From Yuukianura sp. NJ FZ-2021 (lineage: Eukaryota), in the NCBI GenBank assembly GCA_046563655.1, contig CM102283.1:310001-374000 (forward strand): a stretch of DNA of 64,000 nt, read 5' to 3'. This document shows positions 61,505 through 64,000 of the stretch, in pieces. The position numbers and the translations under genes were made by a program. The notes below the pieces were generated by a model. It worked only from the letters and a program-made list of their open reading frames with translations, ran no database searches and was not told the origin of the DNA. Positions within the stretch are counted from its first letter, which is position 1, and the number at the start of each line of letters is the position of its first letter.

Positions 61505-62420
61505 ATCAACTAAAAATTGCTGGTCTAAATGTCTGTAATTTCAATCCGAAGTGTGACCTAATAAATCTTTTTCTCGACATTTACGACGTTGATATCCTGT
61601 GCATCTCAGAAACTCATTTGAACGAAAAACATCCGCCACGCACCGTAGAAGGCTACAACTTCATTCACACTGACCGTTCTTGGCAATCTAAAGGGAGTGT
61701 CGGAATTCCTATTAGGTCGTCCTTAAAGTTTTCGCTGAAGTTAACTTCACTATCTGAAAACCGAAACTTTGAAGTCATTAGTGCTGTCATACGACTGAAA
61801 TCAAACAAGTCTATAATCGTGTCTAGTGCATACAGGATTCCAAACTACAACACAGGTGCAATCGAAGCTGATTTGAACTCTATGACCGAACTTTTCAGCA
61901 CACTAGCTATCACCAACAAAAGTTGTTTTGTTCTTGGTGATTTCAACCTAAACCCAACCTACATTCCAAATAACTTTCAAACCAATTTTAAATAAACAAC
62001 TTCAATCTTTAAACAACTTATCACTACTCCAACGAGGGGAAACTCAACACTAGATCTTATTTTCACCAATTGCCCAGAAATTGTGACAAGCACAGTAGTC
62101 ATTAATCCTGGCATTTCGGACCATCTTTCAACTCATGTAACGGTCACCCTTAAAAAGCCGAAACTCCCCAAAGTAAAAATCAAATACGAAGACTACAAAA
62201 ACTTCGACTACGAAGAATTTGGGCTAAAGCGTGTGTTTACTTCATTTGACAAAAACAATAGAGACTTAGAATTGCAATTTCAAGAACTTATCTCCAAAAT
62301 CGGCAAACATTTCACAGACACGATCCAAACAAAGACTATCTCATTAACACAACGAACGATACCACTCCAATTATCAGAGAAAACAAAATCCCTCATCACC
62401 CAGCGTGATTTACTGATTAA
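61505..62420 (+). pseudogene. LINE ORF2 APE endonuclease (CR1/L2 type), truncated
   Basis: LNVCN, DILCISETHL, YRIP, VLGDFN, PTRGNSTLDLIFTN, GISDH motifs; internal stop at 61993-61995. Confidence 0.85.
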
Positions 62421-63709
62421 TTCGTTGAACTTGTCTTTAGTTCAGAAAGAAAACCTATATTTCAGTCTCTCCTAGAAAAACAGCGTTATTCTATCGGGGT
62501 ATCCCTCTGCTTTCCCCGATTTAACCTCCCTGACCTCTTTGTTAAGTCAAGTAGGGAGGACAGAGGGATGTCTGCAAGGTCTGTTCTATCTAGGAATGCT
62601 TTCCCAAACAGAACAAGCCTAGTACGGGCGTGCCCCTCGCATCCCAACAGAAAATGGTCTCTACTTTCCTCCTCCTTCCCACAGACACTGCAGGTTGGGG
62701 AGCCCGCAAGTCCTATTCTGTATAGGTGCTTTGCTAGCAAGCAATGTCCGGTCACAATCATAGCCAGTAGACGCAAAGATCCTCGGCCGAGGCTTAGACA
62801 GAACTTTGCCGTTTTTTTGCTGAAACTAGTCAGCAGCGTTTTTGCGTCTTTGCAGTCCTGGCTGTTTCTCCACCTTTCCTCGTGGCACTGCTTCCCCCAT
62901 CTGCTGATAGCATTGTGTACAGTGCTCACAGGTACAGGTAGAGTAGGCGCAGGACCAACAAATGGTATTTCCGTTGCTTCCTTAGCTAATCCATCGACAG
63001 TCTCGTTCCCTTCGTACCCGCTATGTGCTGGTATCCAGTGTACTGTGACTTGCCTGGTGTTGGCCAATGTGTTGAACGCGTCAAAGCATTCTCTAACCAT
63101 GCCAGCTTGTGGCCAAGGGCTAATTAGAGAGTCTAGAACGCTCTTTGAGTCTACGTAAATGTGCGCGGGGAAGGCATTTCTTTGAAGTAATAGTCTTCTC
63201 GCCGCACCTAAAAGGGCAAAAACCTCCGCCTGGGGCACGCTAGGGTGCTCTCCCAGAGGTAGTTTGTACCCTTTTGCTGGTCCATCCGGTGGAACGATGT
63301 AAAACGCTGCACCAGATTTCCCGTCAATGCGTGAACCGTCAGTGTAGCAGTTTATCGCATCACCCGGAGGACCATGTTTTGCCTTTTCCTTCCACTGCTT
63401 CCTTGAGATCACTTCTATTTCAAAGAATCTCTTAGTCGGCAGTGTGTTATATCTCTCGCAAGGAAATCCAATTTCTGGGATATCGCATGCGAATGATTCG
63501 CAAACTTGTGCGTGAGTTTGGGTCTTCAGAAAGTTGACCCTAGCGGAAATCCAATCACTAGAGATTCTAAGCCGGTGCATGGTCCGGAGTACAACCTCCT
63601 TAAGATGGATGTCTAGCGGTCTTAGGTTCAATAGAGCCTCCATGGCTGCTGTCGGTGTAGATTTCATCACTCCGAAAGTCGCCAACAGGGCAGCTCTTTG
63701 AACCTTGAC
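62420..63709 (-). mobile_element. 5'-truncated R1/LOA-group non-LTR retrotransposon (RNase H + CCHC knuckle)
   Basis: KVQRAALLATFGVMKSTPTAAMEALLNL, YTDGSR, QAEVFAL, YVDS, WIPAHSGYEGNETVDGLAK, TGHC..HL, CSVC..ESRDHFLLGC; ORF 62486-63685 is open. Confidence 0.88.
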
Positions 63710-63890
63710 AACATCATGGCCTTACCAATCGAGCTTCGGTCAATGCTGTCCAACGCATTTCCAACTAAAGTACGTGCCACTTTATTCAAATTCCTTATCG
63801 AGTCTCAGCGTATCTCGGAATTGAAGATGTTAGAACAGATGGACGATGGCCTAGAATTGCTACTCCATATTTTTAACACATCTTAATCAT
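63710..63890 (+). mobile_element. Probable resumed 3' end of the CR1/L2 ORF2
   Basis: ALPIELRSMLSNAF..KV..LFKFL resembles the CR1/L2 C-terminal LP...R...S...F motif and is followed by an AT-rich tail. Confidence 0.45.
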
Positions 63891-64000
63891 TTTATAAATT
63901 TAAATTTTAAAATTAATTTCTCAATTTCACATTATTTACCATTCGCATTATAATTACTTTTCAACCAGGAGGAAAGTAACAAGTAACACATAAAACGTAG

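Overview
Repeat-dense eukaryotic DNA, probably from an arthropod (inferred from short GT-AG introns, TCAGT initiators and the TE repertoire). In order: (1) ~24-5295, a degraded Polinton/Maverick (adintovirus-like) remnant in which ~415-bp inverted repeats enclose only a penton fragment, a small basic ORF and a broken major capsid gene. (2) ~7276-32050, a 24.8-kb satellite of 522-bp units (49 units) with higher-order duplications and ancestral edge variants. (3) 32056-40606, a decayed Ty3/Gypsy LTR retrotransposon with an extra, apparently spliced ORF3 whose N-terminal part resembles an Rrp6/RNase D (DEDDy) 3'-5' exonuclease, plus a recurrent covarying RNA hairpin motif. (4) 43747-51792 (-), an 8-exon GDAP2 gene (macro + CRAL-TRIO) with an in-frame TGA and TE-expanded introns. 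(5) A MITE cluster. (6) 56897-60311 (-), an ACE-like (peptidase M2) pseudogene with HQMGH in place of HEMGH. (7) 60703-63890, a CR1/L2-type LINE whose RT is replaced by an inverted R1/LOA-type RNase H fragment. All homology calls are by eye from remembered family motifs; no searches were run.
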